Below, piece after piece: positions 37,963-48,788 of a stretch of 64,000 nucleotides of DNA (the stretch's first letter is position 1; each line of letters starts with the position of its first letter). The notes under the pieces were generated by a model, which ran no database searches, was not told the DNA's origin, and saw only the letters and a program-made list of their open reading frames with translations. Origin of the DNA: an uncultured bacterium (GTDB lineage Bacteria; Lernaellota; Lernaellaia; JACKCT01); NCBI GenBank assembly GCA_964586775.1, contig CAZPJD010000225.1, forward strand, positions 464 through 64,463, in the 5' to 3' direction. The position numbers were made by a program, and so were the translations under genes.

Positions 37963-39978
37963 GTGGGCAAGATGAACATCACGGAGCGCCGCGCGTGGAC
38001 GATCTACGGTGCGGCGTGGTGCGTCTGGCATCTGCTCGTTTTTCTCTCGACGCCCGACACCGGCCTGCACATCGGGAATCACGAAGAGGCGATGAGCGGC
38101 AACCTCGCGCGGGCGCTCGTCGAGGGCCTCGCCCTGCCCGCGTGGCATTATCAATACGCCCATCACACGCACGGCACGTTCCTTTACGGCCTGCTGCTCG
38201 CGCCGATCTACGCGATTGGCGGATCATCGATTCTGTGGGTCAAGGCGCTGGGGCTCGCGTTCGCCGCGGCAGGAACGGCGCTGTGGATCGCCCTGGTGCG
38301 CCGCGCCTTCGGGCCGCGAACGGCGGCGATCTTCGCGGCGTGGTGGCTCGTCGCCCCGCCCGCGCTGATGCGGATGCAGCACCTCGCGTGGGCGAATCAC
38401 ATGGAGAGCATCGCGTGGATCGGTGCGATGCTGCTCGTCTTCGCGGGTGCGGACGACTCCGAACCTTCTCCGAAACGCTTCGCGTGGCTCGGCGCGCTCG
38501 CGGGATTCGCGAGTTTCTTCTGCCTGCAGAGCCTGCTCGTCGCCGTGCCGCTCGCGGTCCTGACACTCTGGCGTTGGCGTCGCGCGGCAATTCGGCCCCT
38601 CGCCGCCGCCGTGCCCGCGTTCGTCGCCGCCTACAGCCCCCACTGGCTTTACCAACACGCGATGTATCGCTCCCTCAACCTCGAAGCGAAGCACCCCGAT
38701 CTCGTCGCCCGCGCACGCGCATTCGCCGAGGTCGTCCCCGAGGCGCTCGCCTACGCGTGGCCGATCGTGACATGGCTCGCGGTCGCCGCGGTCGCGGTCG
38801 CGCTCATCTTCGCCATTCGCGAATTCGCGCGCCCGGCTCGCCGCTACACCGATCGCTCCGGGCCGTGGGTGCTGCGCGCGCTCGTGCTCCACATCGCCGC
38901 GTTTTTTGCCGCCAATGTGCTGTCGACCTTTGCCGTCGAGCCCTACGCGCTCGACGTCTATCGATTCCGGTACGTCACGCCGCTCTTTCCCACGGCCATG
39001 GCGATCGCCGCGTGGGCGCTCGCGGCGTGGCCGCGATTCGCCGCCATCGTACTCGCGCCGCTGATCGTCGCCGGTGCGTTCGACGCCCGCGTGCCGCAGA
39101 CGATCGCGTCGGTGGCGGCGCAGGCGCGCGACGGGATTCCCGGCGCGTGGATGTGGGAACTGCGCGGCGACAACCTGCGCCCGATCGTCGAGCAGAACGC
39201 GCCGTTTGCGTGGGGCAACGCGCTGGAGATTCGCGGCGACCGCGACGAGACGTGGCGCGAGATCGCCGACCAGATCGGTCGTTTGCCGACCGAGTGGCGC
39301 GCGCTCGCCTGCGAGACCCTCGCGCTCGATCGCGGCGAGACCGCGCCCGATTTCGTGCGCGCGTCGTGCGGGCCGACCGCCGACGCCTCGTGGCGGCGCG
39401 GACTCGGCCGCCGACAATTACGAATCGTGTTCAACGGCATGTTCCAGGACCCGAGCCCCGAAGCCATCGGCCGCGCGTTTGGGGGCGTTTGCGCGAAGGC
39501 CGACGCCGATCTCGCGCGCGGATTCGCCTACGAATTTCTCGCGCAATACGAGGTGCGCACACACGCGCGTTTTCGCATCGAGGACGCCGCGCAGACGCGC
39601 GCGGCGGTCTCGTCGGTGCTCGCGAGCACGGACGCCGAGGCGTGCGCGGGCGCGGCGATCGCGAACGGGATGGGGCGCTTCGTCGCCGAGCTGGAGATCG
39701 ACCGCGCGCCGTTCACGACACTGTCGCGCTTCACGCCGCTCGATCCCACGCCGGAACGAATGGCGGAGTTCGAGAGCGGTTACGCCTCGGGCATGGCTCT
39801 CGCGTTCATCGCGAAGTGGCGCTGCGCGCCCGGCGATCTGCCACTGCTGCGCACGCCGCAACTCGCCCCGCGCCTTGCCGACATGAGCCTTCGTCTCGAA
39901 GCGCGCGGCGAACGCATGTGCCTCGCGCGGATGCCGGCCGACTGGACAGCGCCGGGCGCGGCCCCGACAATGCCGTGA
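37963..39978 (+). CDS. Polytopic membrane protein (GT39/GT83-like glycosyltransferase fold candidate) with large C-terminal soluble domain
   Basis: About 11 TM helices in the first 380 aa. No signature motif confirmed. The stop overlaps the next start (TGATG). Confidence 0.45.
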   Translation: MGKMNITERRAWTIYGAAWCVWHLLVFLSTPDTGLHIGNHEEAMSGNLARALVEGLALPAWHYQYAHHTHGTFLYGLLLAPIYAIGGSSILWVKALGLAFAAAGTALWIALVRRAFGPRTAAIFAAWWLVAPPALMRMQHLAWANHMESIAWIGAMLLVFAGADDSEPSPKRFAWLGALAGFASFFCLQSLLVAVPLAVLTLWRWRRAAIRPLAAAVPAFVAAYSPHWLYQHAMYRSLNLEAKHPDLVARARAFAEVVPEALAYAWPIVTWLAVAAVAVALIFAIREFARPARRYTDRSGPWVLRALVLHIAAFFAANVLSTFAVEPYALDVYRFRYVTPLFPTAMAIAAWALAAWPRFAAIVLAPLIVAGAFDARVPQTIASVAAQARDGIPGAWMWELRGDNLRPIVEQNAPFAWGNALEIRGDRDETWREIADQIGRLPTEWRALACETLALDRGETAPDFVRASCGPTADASWRRGLGRRQLRIVFNGMFQDPSPEAIGRAFGGVCAKADADLARGFAYEFLAQYEVRTHARFRIEDAAQTRAAVSSVLASTDAEACAGAAIANGMGRFVAELEIDRAPFTTLSRFTPLDPTPERMAEFESGYASGMALAFIAKWRCAPGDLPLLRTPQLAPRLADMSLRLEARGERMCLARMPADWTAPGAAPTMP

Positions 39979-40967
39979 TGTCATTAGTCGATCCATTGAG
40001 CGATTCGGTTTCGCGCGCTCTCTCGGACGCGTTCGCGGGCGTATCGGGCCCGTTCTTTTTCGTGGGGTCCGGCAAGAACGCGGGCAAGACGACCGCGATG
40101 AACGCGGCGAACCGCGTGTTGGCGACGCGCGGCGCCGACGTGGGCGTGACGACGATCGGCCACGACGGCGAGGGGCGCGACGCGATCCTGGGCACCGAAA
40201 AGCCGCCGGTCGAGGTCTTCGCCGGCAACCTCGTGTGCCTCACGCGCCGGATGATGGACGACGCGGGCGACGCGCTCGCCCCCGTGGCGTCCACCGGATT
40301 TGTCACGCCGATGGGCGCGCTCGAGATCGCCCGCGCGCTTTACCCGGCGAACGTCGAGATCCTCGGACCCGAGACCAACGCGCGCTGTGCGGCGGTGTGC
40401 GACCAGATGCGGAGGCTGGGCGCGCGCATCGTGCTGGTCGACGGTGCGTTTTCGCGGCGCACGCAGATCGCGATGCACGACGAATCGCCGCTCGCCCTGA
40501 TTGCGTCGGGCGATTTGGGGGCGACGACCGGCGAGGTGAGGGCGACGATCCGCTATTGGGTGGAGTTGCTCGATCTGCCGCGCGCGGGCGAACCCGACGA
40601 CGAAGCGGCGGGTATCGAAACGCCGGGGGGCGTAACGGGGGCGTCGATCCTGTTCACTGACGCATGCGTGCGCGTGCGCGGTCCGCTGCTGGGCGAGACG
40701 GCGGCGAAGCTCGCGCGAATGGCGCGCAGGCGGCGGGTCGTGCTCGACGATGCCACCAAGGTGTTTTGCGAGGAGCGCGAATGGCGGGCGCTTCGCGACG
40801 CGTGCGCGTCGGTCAATGTCGTCCGCTCGTTCGATTTGCGGTTCGTCGCCGCGAACCCGACCGCGCGTTTCAAGGGGGCGTTCGACGCGGATGAGTTCGC
40901 ACGCGCGCTCAAAGACGCCGCGCCGAACAAGCCGGTGATCGATGTCGTTGCCCGAATCGTTCTTTGA
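39978..40967 (+). CDS. P-loop NTPase-domain protein (Walker A GSGKNAGKTT), function unknown
   Basis: 329 aa. Start fixed by back-counting from the stop. The ATG shares its A with the upstream TGA. Family not recognised from sequence alone. Confidence 0.5.
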   Translation: MSLVDPLSDSVSRALSDAFAGVSGPFFFVGSGKNAGKTTAMNAANRVLATRGADVGVTTIGHDGEGRDAILGTEKPPVEVFAGNLVCLTRRMMDDAGDALAPVASTGFVTPMGALEIARALYPANVEILGPETNARCAAVCDQMRRLGARIVLVDGAFSRRTQIAMHDESPLALIASGDLGATTGEVRATIRYWVELLDLPRAGEPDDEAAGIETPGGVTGASILFTDACVRVRGPLLGETAAKLARMARRRRVVLDDATKVFCEEREWRALRDACASVNVVRSFDLRFVAANPTARFKGAFDADEFARALKDAAPNKPVIDVVARIVL

Positions 40968-40985
40968 CGCGTCGACGATTCCCGC

Positions 40986-41996
40986 TTACGGGAACAGCGG
41001 ATACGGCTTGCCGAGCTTGTAGCTGAGATTCGCGAAGAATCGCGTTTCGTCGTCCATATCCCGCGCCTCGAGGTAGACCTGCTCCGCGCCCGCGGTCACG
41101 TTGATGTGGTGCGTCGTGAAACGCAGCGCACCGACGATGCCGTTGCGATCTTCCTCGTTCGTGGTGCCGCGCATGAGCACGCCGTCGTATTCGACGATGA
41201 GCGTGACGAAGTTGCGCGGGTGCAGCGGGAACACCATGCCCAGATGCACCTCGCCGCTCTTTTCCTCGTAATCGCGCCCGCTCACGCCCAGGTCGCGCAG
41301 CACGAGCTGGCCGTCGGCCATGATGGCGAACGCGTACTCGGTGAAAAACAGGTCGTTGATCTCGACGCCGGTGGCGACCAGCAGCCGCGCGCCCCACGAT
41401 TTCACGTCGGATACGCCGTCCTCGTATTCGATGCCGGGCGCGATGCCGCCGAGCCCGATGGCGAGCGGCGGGAGAAAGAGCGAGGGGTGCGCATAGCCCC
41501 ACTTGAACATGCCCTCGACGCTGCCGATGCCCGCGTGGCTGGTCTGGCCGAACACGCGCTCGCGACGACCGAACTCGTCGATGCGCTCGCCGACGGCCAG
41601 GTCGGATTCGACGTAGGGGATGTGAAGTCCGAACTCGAATCCGGCGGGAATCCCCACGCCCGCATTGAAGACGTATTCGGTGCGCGTGTAATCGGGGTCG
41701 GGGTTCGTCTGCTGCAGATACGCGGTGCCGACCTCCACGGTGCCGGGATCCAGCGTGCGCGACGACGTGGTGAAGAACAGGCCCGACATGCCTTTGTAGT
41801 TTTGCGGCAGGTTGTTGACCTTGGGCTTCGCGTCCTGCACCTGCGGGCCCGACGGCGCGGCGGGTTCGACATCGGTCGTCGCCGGAGCCGCACCCTCGTC
41901 CTCATCCTCGTCCTGCGCCCACGCCGGCGCGGCGATCGTCATGATCGCGAATACGGCGACCGCGCCCCACGCCCCCATGCGCATTCCCGATTTCAT
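40986..41996 (-). CDS. Outer-membrane beta-barrel protein (signal peptide, C-terminal aromatic residue)
   Basis: Signal peptide MKSGMRMGAWGAVAVFAIMTIAAPAWA. Alternating amphipathic beta strands. Ends ...KPYPLFP. Only the C-terminal 336 aa of the 915-aa track ORF are real. Confidence 0.55.
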   Translation of the reverse strand: MKSGMRMGAWGAVAVFAIMTIAAPAWAQDEDEDEGAAPATTDVEPAAPSGPQVQDAKPKVNNLPQNYKGMSGLFFTTSSRTLDPGTVEVGTAYLQQTNPDPDYTRTEYVFNAGVGIPAGFEFGLHIPYVESDLAVGERIDEFGRRERVFGQTSHAGIGSVEGMFKWGYAHPSLFLPPLAIGLGGIAPGIEYEDGVSDVKSWGARLLVATGVEINDLFFTEYAFAIMADGQLVLRDLGVSGRDYEEKSGEVHLGMVFPLHPRNFVTLIVEYDGVLMRGTTNEEDRNGIVGALRFTTHHINVTAGAEQVYLEARDMDDETRFFANLSYKLGKPYPLFP

Positions 41997-43930
41997 CCAT
42001 CTCTCCGCGGCGTATGCAGAACCGCCGGGGGATGCTCGTCCGTCGCCGTTTCGGCCATCCCCTGGCGCGTCAATTCTCGCATCAAAACAACCGTCTCGTC
42101 CACGCGTTCCTCGCCGGACAGCTCGATCAGCCGCCGGACCCGCTGGTCGAAATCGCGCGTGACGCCGAGCTGCGCCGCGGGTTCGGCGTAGATCTTGTCG
42201 TGCGCCGTGCGCTCCATCTTCTCCTTGCCCGTGAACAGCTCTTCGGAGAGCTTTTCGCCGGGGCGAAGGCCCACGAACTTGATCTCGATATCCTTGTCGG
42301 CGTCGAGCCCGGACAGGCGGATCAAATTGCGCGCGAGTTCCAGAATGTTGATCTGCTCGCCCATCTCCAGCACGAAGATCTCGCCACCCTGGCCCATCGC
42401 CGCCGCTTGCATCACGAGCTGCGTCGCCTCGGTGACGGTCATGAAGTAGCGCTGCGCCTTGGGGTGCGTCACCGTCACCGGCCCGCCCTCGGAAATCTGC
42501 CGGTGGAAGAGCGGAATCACCGAGCCCGACGAGCCCATCACGTTGCCGAAACGCACCGCGATGAATTTCGTCTTCGGCTGCTTTTGAGCGAGCGATTGCA
42601 GGATCATCTCGCCGATGCGCTTGGTCATGCCCATGACGTTGGTCGGGCGCACGGCCTTGTCGGTGGAGATGAAGACGAAGCGTTCGACATCGCGCTCGAT
42701 CGCGGCCATCGCCACGTTGAGCGTTCCCTCGACGTTGTTGCGCAGCGCCTCGATGGGGTGCAGCTCCATCATGGGCACATGCTTGTATGCGGCGGCGTGA
42801 AAGACCACCTGCGGCTTGTGCTCCGCCATCACCGCCAGCAGCTTCTGGCGGTCGAGAATGTCGCCGATGATGGGCAGCGTGCGGACGTGCGGGAAGTGTT
42901 GAACGAGTTCCCACTGGATCATGAACAGCGCGTTTTCGTTGCGCTCGAACAGCACGATCGTGTCGGGGTCGACGGCCGCGATCTGGCGGCACAGCTCGCT
43001 GCCGATCGAACCGCCCGCGCCGGTGATCAGAATCGTGCGTCCTTCGAGCTGCGAGCGGATCAGATCCTGATCGAGGCGCACGGTTTTGCGCCCCAGCAGG
43101 TCCTCGACCGACACCTCGCGAAGCTGCTTGACCGATACGCGCTCGTTGAGGATGTCCGCCATCGGCGGCACGATCTTGAAGCGCACGTTCGTTTCGCGGA
43201 AGCGGCTGATGAGGTCCTTGAGTTCCTTGGGCTTGAGCGACGGCGACGTGATGATGATCTCGTCGACCTTGTGGCGTTCCAGAATGCGCGGGATCTCTTC
43301 GCGACCGCCGAGGATCGACACACCGTGGATCTTGAAGCCCTTCTTCGGCGCGAAGTCGTCGATGAAACCGATCACGTTCAGGCGCAGCGCCTCGTTGTTG
43401 CGGATCTCCTTGAGCAGCTCCACGCCGATCTGACGGCTGCCGTAGATCAGCACGTTCGACCCGGCGGGGGTGCGTTCGTTGAGGAGCTTTTCGCGAAACG
43501 CGCGAAGCGAGAAACGGATGCCGCCGATGAACGTGATCGTGATGAACCAGTCGATCATGAAGATCGAGCGGGGGAAGCCCGGGAAGAAGAAGACCGCGAC
43601 GACGATGAAGGCGAGCGTCGAAACCGTGCTGGCGCGGATGATGTCCGACAGGTCGTCCATGCCGACGTACCGCCACCAGCCGCGGTACAGATCGAAGTAG
43701 TAGAACACCGCGATCTTGATCAGGATGATCCACGGTGCACTGCGCCAGAACAGACGGCCCGCCCAGCCGGAGAGATCCGAATCGAAACGCAGTGAAAACG
43801 CGAGAAAATAGCCGAAAACGATCAGGACGATCTGGCTGGAGACGATAAACACGCGCCGAAATCGCAGCACGCTGTGCCCGAACGGCGTATCCAGAAAATT
43901 TCGTCCGCGTAAATCTTCGCGAAGACCCAT
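41993..43930 (-). CDS. Polysaccharide biosynthesis protein, membrane-anchored NDP-sugar 4,6-dehydratase (WbpM/PglF/CapD family)
   Basis: Four N-terminal TM helices. Two Rossmann motifs including ILITGAGGSIGSEL. 645 aa. Confidence 0.8.
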   Translation of the reverse strand: MGLREDLRGRNFLDTPFGHSVLRFRRVFIVSSQIVLIVFGYFLAFSLRFDSDLSGWAGRLFWRSAPWIILIKIAVFYYFDLYRGWWRYVGMDDLSDIIRASTVSTLAFIVVAVFFFPGFPRSIFMIDWFITITFIGGIRFSLRAFREKLLNERTPAGSNVLIYGSRQIGVELLKEIRNNEALRLNVIGFIDDFAPKKGFKIHGVSILGGREEIPRILERHKVDEIIITSPSLKPKELKDLISRFRETNVRFKIVPPMADILNERVSVKQLREVSVEDLLGRKTVRLDQDLIRSQLEGRTILITGAGGSIGSELCRQIAAVDPDTIVLFERNENALFMIQWELVQHFPHVRTLPIIGDILDRQKLLAVMAEHKPQVVFHAAAYKHVPMMELHPIEALRNNVEGTLNVAMAAIERDVERFVFISTDKAVRPTNVMGMTKRIGEMILQSLAQKQPKTKFIAVRFGNVMGSSGSVIPLFHRQISEGGPVTVTHPKAQRYFMTVTEATQLVMQAAAMGQGGEIFVLEMGEQINILELARNLIRLSGLDADKDIEIKFVGLRPGEKLSEELFTGKEKMERTAHDKIYAEPAAQLGVTRDFDQRVRRLIELSGEERVDETVVLMRELTRQGMAETATDEHPPAVLHTPRRDG

Positions 43931-44066
43931 GGCGGGTGGTCGTCCCTTTCCGGCCCCGATCCCATCACATATCGAATCAAAATCGAGGGAAGTTTAGCGG
44001 GAGCCGCACGGAAGGGCAACACCCGAGCCAAGAAAAGTGACCGACTGGACGAATCGGTCAGACCGT

Positions 44067-44804
44067 TCAGCCCATCTTTTCGATCAGGTCCTCGGACTCG
44101 ACGACCCGGCTCACCGGCGATGGATCGATCGCGATGCGCAGAAGCGCCAGGCCGAGCTGCGCTCCAGTGATCGTCCGCCAGCGGCGACCGAAGCGCGCGA
44201 GCCCCACCGCGCCCGCCGCGCCCGAGAACGCGTCGAAAAACGTTGCGGCCGCGCGCTCGGCGGGCCGGGCGTCGTCGCGATCCGCGCCGCTGATGAACGC
44301 GGGGCGCACGATGGAGTACGGCAACCCCGAGCCGCGCACGGCCTCTTCGGCCATCCAGCGTGCCCGGCCATAGGGCGAGGTCGAGCTGGCGTTCGTGCCA
44401 ATCGCCGAGAGATACACGATGCGCGGCGAGAGTCCCGACGCCTTCGCCGCGTCGACGGTCATTTTCGTCAGCCCGAAATCCACCGCCATGTAGCTCTGCG
44501 CGCTCGCGTCGCCCCCCGCGCGGGCCACGTGCTTCGCCCGGTCGCGCGTGGTGCCGATGGCGATGACGATCGCGGCGGGTCGCTCCCGGCGAAACGTCGC
44601 CGCCAGCGATTCGGTTTCCCAAGGGGTCGCATCGACCCGAGCGCCGATGCCCTCGAACCGGCTCGACCACTCGCCGAGGCGCGGCGAATCGGGGCGAACG
44701 TGCGCGATCGTGTCGATTTCGGCGTCGCGCGCCGCGCGCACCACCTCGCGCCCGGTGTAGCCGGTCGCCCCAAGAACGAAGAGGGCGTTCGAAAAATTGG
44801 TCAT
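44067..44804 (-). CDS. NAD(P)H-binding epimerase/dehydratase-family protein (atypical SDR)
   Basis: N-terminal LFVLGATGYTGREV Rossmann motif. 245 aa. Confidence 0.6.
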   Translation of the reverse strand: MTNFSNALFVLGATGYTGREVVRAARDAEIDTIAHVRPDSPRLGEWSSRFEGIGARVDATPWETESLAATFRRERPAAIVIAIGTTRDRAKHVARAGGDASAQSYMAVDFGLTKMTVDAAKASGLSPRIVYLSAIGTNASSTSPYGRARWMAEEAVRGSGLPYSIVRPAFISGADRDDARPAERAAATFFDAFSGAAGAVGLARFGRRWRTITGAQLGLALLRIAIDPSPVSRVVESEDLIEKMG

Positions 44805-45080
44805 GATCTCGCGAGTTTACCACGCGTTTCGGCCCGATGTCGTGGTTATTTGGCCGTTTGCGGAATTTTCGGGCGAATCTACGGATAGAGCTTATAGAAC
44901 TTTTCATTCAGGACTTCGCGGGCGCTTCCGACAACCCAAGGGAGCAAACGTCCCGATCGAAAAACTTCGAGCCCGCCAAAACGAGACCACACGCGCTGCG
45001 CGTGGTCCGTTTATCGATTCCGAGGGTTGTCTTTGTGCGTTTTTCGGTCGGCTCAGGGATTGAGCCGTGAGGGAGGTATC

Positions 45081-47390
45081 ATGTCCCGTCTGCGTTTCCG
45101 GTCCATCAGGTCCAAGCTGCTCGCCATGGGCGTCGCGCTCGTCGCCATGCCGGTCTTCGCCCTCACCGCGATCGCCCTTTACCTGGGCGGCGGCATGCAG
45201 GGAGAGGTCGGCGAACAGATGAGTGGCATGACGAACGCGAGCCTCGGCGCGGTGCTGCAGGGCGTCAATCACATGATCGACGCGCATGTGGCGACCGTGA
45301 AACAAGAGCTGCTGTCCGGATTCAACGTCGCCAAGCGCGTGCTGGCCGATGGCGGCGGCGCCGGTCTTTCCGCCGACCAGGTCGTCGAATGGCATGCCGA
45401 GAACCAGTTCACCAAACAGGCGCAGGCGCTGAAACTGCCCCGACTGACGCTCGGGGCCGCGGCGGTCGAGCCGCTCGCGGATTTCGCGAAACGCGCGCCC
45501 GTGGTGGACGACGTGCGCGACCTGATCGGCGCGTCTTGCACCATCTTCCAGAAGATGAACGACCAGGGCGATCTTCTGCGCGTGGCGACGAACGTGAAAA
45601 AGGCCGACGGCAAACGCGCGGTGGGCACTTACATCCCCGCCGTGAACCCCGACGGCAAGCCGAACCCCGTCGCGGCGGCGATCGCGCGCGGCGAGCGCTA
45701 CGAGGGCCGTGCGAAGGTCGTCGACACGTGGATGTCCACGGTGTACGAACCGCTCAAGGACGGCGCGGGCAAGACGATCGGCGCGCTCTTCATCGGCGTA
45801 CCCATCGAGGGAAGCGGCGCGCTGCGCAAGGCGATCTACGAAACGGTTGTGGGCAAGTCGGGCTACGTGTTCGTGATCGGCGGCTCGGGCGACGAGATGG
45901 GCCACTACGTCGTCTCGAAAAACGGCGAGCGCGACGGCGAGAACATCTGGGACGCGAAGGACGCCGACGGCAAGACGTTCATTCAGGAGATGGTGAACGA
46001 AGGCAAGAAGAAAAAGCCGGGCGAGTTCGGCATCATCCGCTACGCGTGGAAGAACAAAGACGAAACCAAGGCGCGCATGAAGATCAGCGCTTACACCTAC
46101 TACGAGCCGTGGGACTGGGTCATCGGCGCCGGCGCGTATGAGGACGACTTCCACGACGTGAACCAGCGCCTCGCGGCGGGCTTCGGGCGCATGCGCAACG
46201 GCTTCATCGTCGCGGGCGTGCTGACGACGCTGCTGGGCGTGGTGTTCACCCTGATCGTCGGCAACGCCATCGCCAAGCCGGTTCGCGTGACGAACACGGT
46301 GCTCAAAGACATCGCCGAGGGCGAGGGCGATCTGACGCGCCGCCTCGACGTGACGACCGCGGACGAAGTGGGCGAGCTCGCGCGCAATTTCAATGTCTTC
46401 GCCGAAAAACTCCAGAAGTCGGTGCGCAGCGTGCTCGAAAACACCGGCGCGCTTCGCCAAACGGTGTCGAAGCTCTCCACGGTGTCGTCGGGCCTCGCGA
46501 GCGGCGCGGAAGAAACCAACACGCAGACCAACGCGGTGGCCGCGGCGACCGAGCAGATCACGGCCAACGTTTCGCACGTCAACGGCGTCACGCAGAACAT
46601 GACGACGGGCGTGAACACCATCGCATCGTCGTCGGAAGAGGTGGCGTCGAGCGTCAACTCGGTGGTGGCGTCGATCGAGGAAATGTCGGGGAGCCTGAAC
46701 GAGGTCGCGCGCAACTGCGCGAACGCGTCGACGATCGCGGGCAAGGCGGCGACCATCGCGCGGGACGCGACGGACGTGATCCAGCGCCTGGCCGAAGCCT
46801 CGAAGCGCATCGACGTTGTGGTGGAGACGATCAGCGATATCGCGGACCAGACGAACCTGCTGGCGCTCAACGCGACGATCGAGGCGGCGAGCGCGGGCGA
46901 CGCGGGCAAGGGTTTCGCGGTGGTGGCCAACGAGGTGAAGGAACTGGCGAAACAGACCGCGACGGCGACGGGCGAGATCGCGGAGCAGATCCGCGAGATG
47001 CAGGAACGCACGGGCAAGGCGGTCGAGAGCATCACGGCGGTGGTCGGCGTGGTCGGCGAGATCGACGAGATCACGCACACGATCGCCGCGACGGTGGAGG
47101 AGCAGACCGCGGCGACGAACGAGATCGCGCGGGCGATGTCGTCGGCAGCGGGCGGCGTGGCGGGCATGTCGCGCAGCGTGCAGGAACTGCGCGATCACAT
47201 CCGCAACGACGTGGCGCGGGGCATCGAGGACGTGGCGACGACTGTGACCAGCGTGTCGCGCAACATTCAGAACGTGCACCTCGCGGCGCAGGAAACGGCG
47301 CGCGGCGCGGCGGTGACGAACGAGGTTTCGGAACAGATGACCATGCTCGCCGACGAGCTCGGCCGCGTCGTCGATCAGTTCCGCGTTTAG
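45081..47390 (+). CDS. Methyl-accepting chemotaxis protein with periplasmic Cache-type sensor and HAMP domain
   Basis: Two TM helices flank a 340-aa periplasmic domain. HAMP domain. The highly conserved MCP signalling hairpin ...[34 protein letters not shown] gagggagg upstream. Confidence 0.85.
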   Translation: MSRLRFRSIRSKLLAMGVALVAMPVFALTAIALYLGGGMQGEVGEQMSGMTNASLGAVLQGVNHMIDAHVATVKQELLSGFNVAKRVLADGGGAGLSADQVVEWHAENQFTKQAQALKLPRLTLGAAAVEPLADFAKRAPVVDDVRDLIGASCTIFQKMNDQGDLLRVATNVKKADGKRAVGTYIPAVNPDGKPNPVAAAIARGERYEGRAKVVDTWMSTVYEPLKDGAGKTIGALFIGVPIEGSGALRKAIYETVVGKSGYVFVIGGSGDEMGHYVVSKNGERDGENIWDAKDADGKTFIQEMVNEGKKKKPGEFGIIRYAWKNKDETKARMKISAYTYYEPWDWVIGAGAYEDDFHDVNQRLAAGFGRMRNGFIVAGVLTTLLGVVFTLIVGNAIAKPVRVTNTVLKDIAEGEGDLTRRLDVTTADEVGELARNFNVFAEKLQKSVRSVLENTGALRQTVSKLSTVSSGLASGAEETNTQTNAVAAATEQITANVSHVNGVTQNMTTGVNTIASSSEEVASSVNSVVASIEEMSGSLNEVARNCANASTIAGKAATIARDATDVIQRLAEASKRIDVVVETISDIADQTNLLALNATIEAASAGDAGKGFAVVANEVKELAKQTATATGEIAEQIREMQERTGKAVESITAVVGVVGEIDEITHTIAATVEEQTAATNEIARAMSSAAGGVAGMSRSVQELRDHIRNDVARGIEDVATTVTSVSRNIQNVHLAAQETARGAAVTNEVSEQMTMLADELGRVVDQFRV

Positions 47391-47438
47391 GCTTCCGATA
47401 GATTCGCGATTCGGGGACGGGCTCGCCCGTCCCCATCT

Positions 47439-48674
47439 TCATTGGCGCGCGATGCGGCGCACCACGAGCCCCGAACGCAATTTGGGCTCGAACCACGTGG
47501 ACTTGGGCGGCATGACCTCGCCCGCGTCGGCGACGGCGAGCAGGTCGTCCATCGAGGTGGCGAAACACGCGATCGCGAGGCCCGACGGCGACGCGGCGAC
47601 GCGCTGTTCCAGCTCGGCGAGCGGCCGTGCGCCGCCGACGAACTCGATGCGCGGATTCGTGCGTGGGTTGTCGATGCCCAGGATCGGCCCGAGCAACTCG
47701 TCCTGCAAAACGGCCACGTCGAGCCGCGACGCGACGGACGTGCCGTTCGGTTTTTTCTTGGGCGCGATGCGAACCCACGAACCGTCGATGAAAAGGCCGA
47801 ATTCGCCCGGGCGCTCCGGCGCGGGCGTCGCCGCGCGTTTCACGTCGAACACCCATTCGACGCGCGCCATGACGTCGGCGACCGTTCGCGACTCGAGATC
47901 CGTGACGACCCGGTGATACGGTAGGATGCGAAGCTGGTTGTGCGGAAAGATCGTGGCCATCACGCGGGCGGCGGGCGATTCGGGTGAACCGTCGCCGACG
48001 CGCCCCTCGCGCCACACACGGGTCGAAGCGGCGATGCGGTGGTGGCCGTCGGCCACATAGAGCGATTCCACGTCGGCGAAGGCCGCGAGCAGGTTCTTCA
48101 CGTCGTCGTCGCGATCCACCACCCACAGCCGGTGGCGCACGCCGTCGGCCGCGCGAAACGCGATCGTGGGTTCGGTGCGCGCATGGCCGAGGATCGCGGC
48201 ATCCACGGAAGGGTCGGAGCGGTACGCCAGATAGACCTGCCCGGTATTGGCACCCGTCGTCGCGATGTGCCGCGTGCGGTCGAGCTCCTTGTCGGGGCGC
48301 GTGAATTCGTGGCGCTTGATGACGCCCGCCTCGTATTCGGCGAGGCTCACCTCGGCGATGAGGCCGGTCTGCGTGCGCCCCTCGCGTTCGAGCTCGTACA
48401 CGTAAAACTCGGGGCGCTCGCTTTCGCGAAGAGTTCCCGCCGAGACGAGGCGGTCGAGTTCGGCGCGTGCGCGCGCGTACACGGCGTCGCCGTAGGGGTC
48501 CTCGCTCTCGGCCATGGCGGCCTCGGAACGGACCACGCGCATGAAGCTGTCGGGGTGCGTCGCCGCGATTTGCCGCGCCTCGGCGGCGTTCACGACGTCA
48601 TAGGGCGGGCACGACACATTGGCCGCGCAATCGGCCCGAACCACATCGCCTCGAAAAGGCGCGACGAACACCAT
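47439..48674 (-). CDS. DUF1015 domain-containing protein
   Basis: Conserved ADGHHR block. Overall length matches DUF1015. Start trimmed to MVFVAPFRG. The upstream 25 codons are an uncertain extension. Confidence 0.55.
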   Translation of the reverse strand: MVFVAPFRGDVVRADCAANVSCPPYDVVNAAEARQIAATHPDSFMRVVRSEAAMAESEDPYGDAVYARARAELDRLVSAGTLRESERPEFYVYELEREGRTQTGLIAEVSLAEYEAGVIKRHEFTRPDKELDRTRHIATTGANTGQVYLAYRSDPSVDAAILGHARTEPTIAFRAADGVRHRLWVVDRDDDVKNLLAAFADVESLYVADGHHRIAASTRVWREGRVGDGSPESPAARVMATIFPHNQLRILPYHRVVTDLESRTVADVMARVEWVFDVKRAATPAPERPGEFGLFIDGSWVRIAPKKKPNGTSVASRLDVAVLQDELLGPILGIDNPRTNPRIEFVGGARPLAELEQRVAASPSGLAIACFATSMDDLLAVADAGEVMPPKSTWFEPKLRSGLVVRRIARQ

Positions 48675-48788
48675 GACGACTCCGGCGGCAAAACACCCAG
48701 GAACGGGGACGAGAAAGGGGCGAAAAAGCCGCCGGATTATAAGGAGCAAGGCCCGCGGCGCAAGGGCGCGGCAACGCCATGCCCGGAA

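Noticed and set aside
37995-40967. 990-aa + strand ORF spanning two genes
   Set aside because: Only the last 329 codons (from the ATG at 39978) form a coherent protein. The upstream part is an out-of-frame read-through of the membrane-protein gene, which is in the 37963 frame.
40986-43733. 915-aa minus-strand ORF
   Set aside because: It is a chimera. The C-terminal 336 aa are a real outer-membrane beta-barrel protein in this frame. The rest overlaps the WbpM-like dehydratase gene in another frame.
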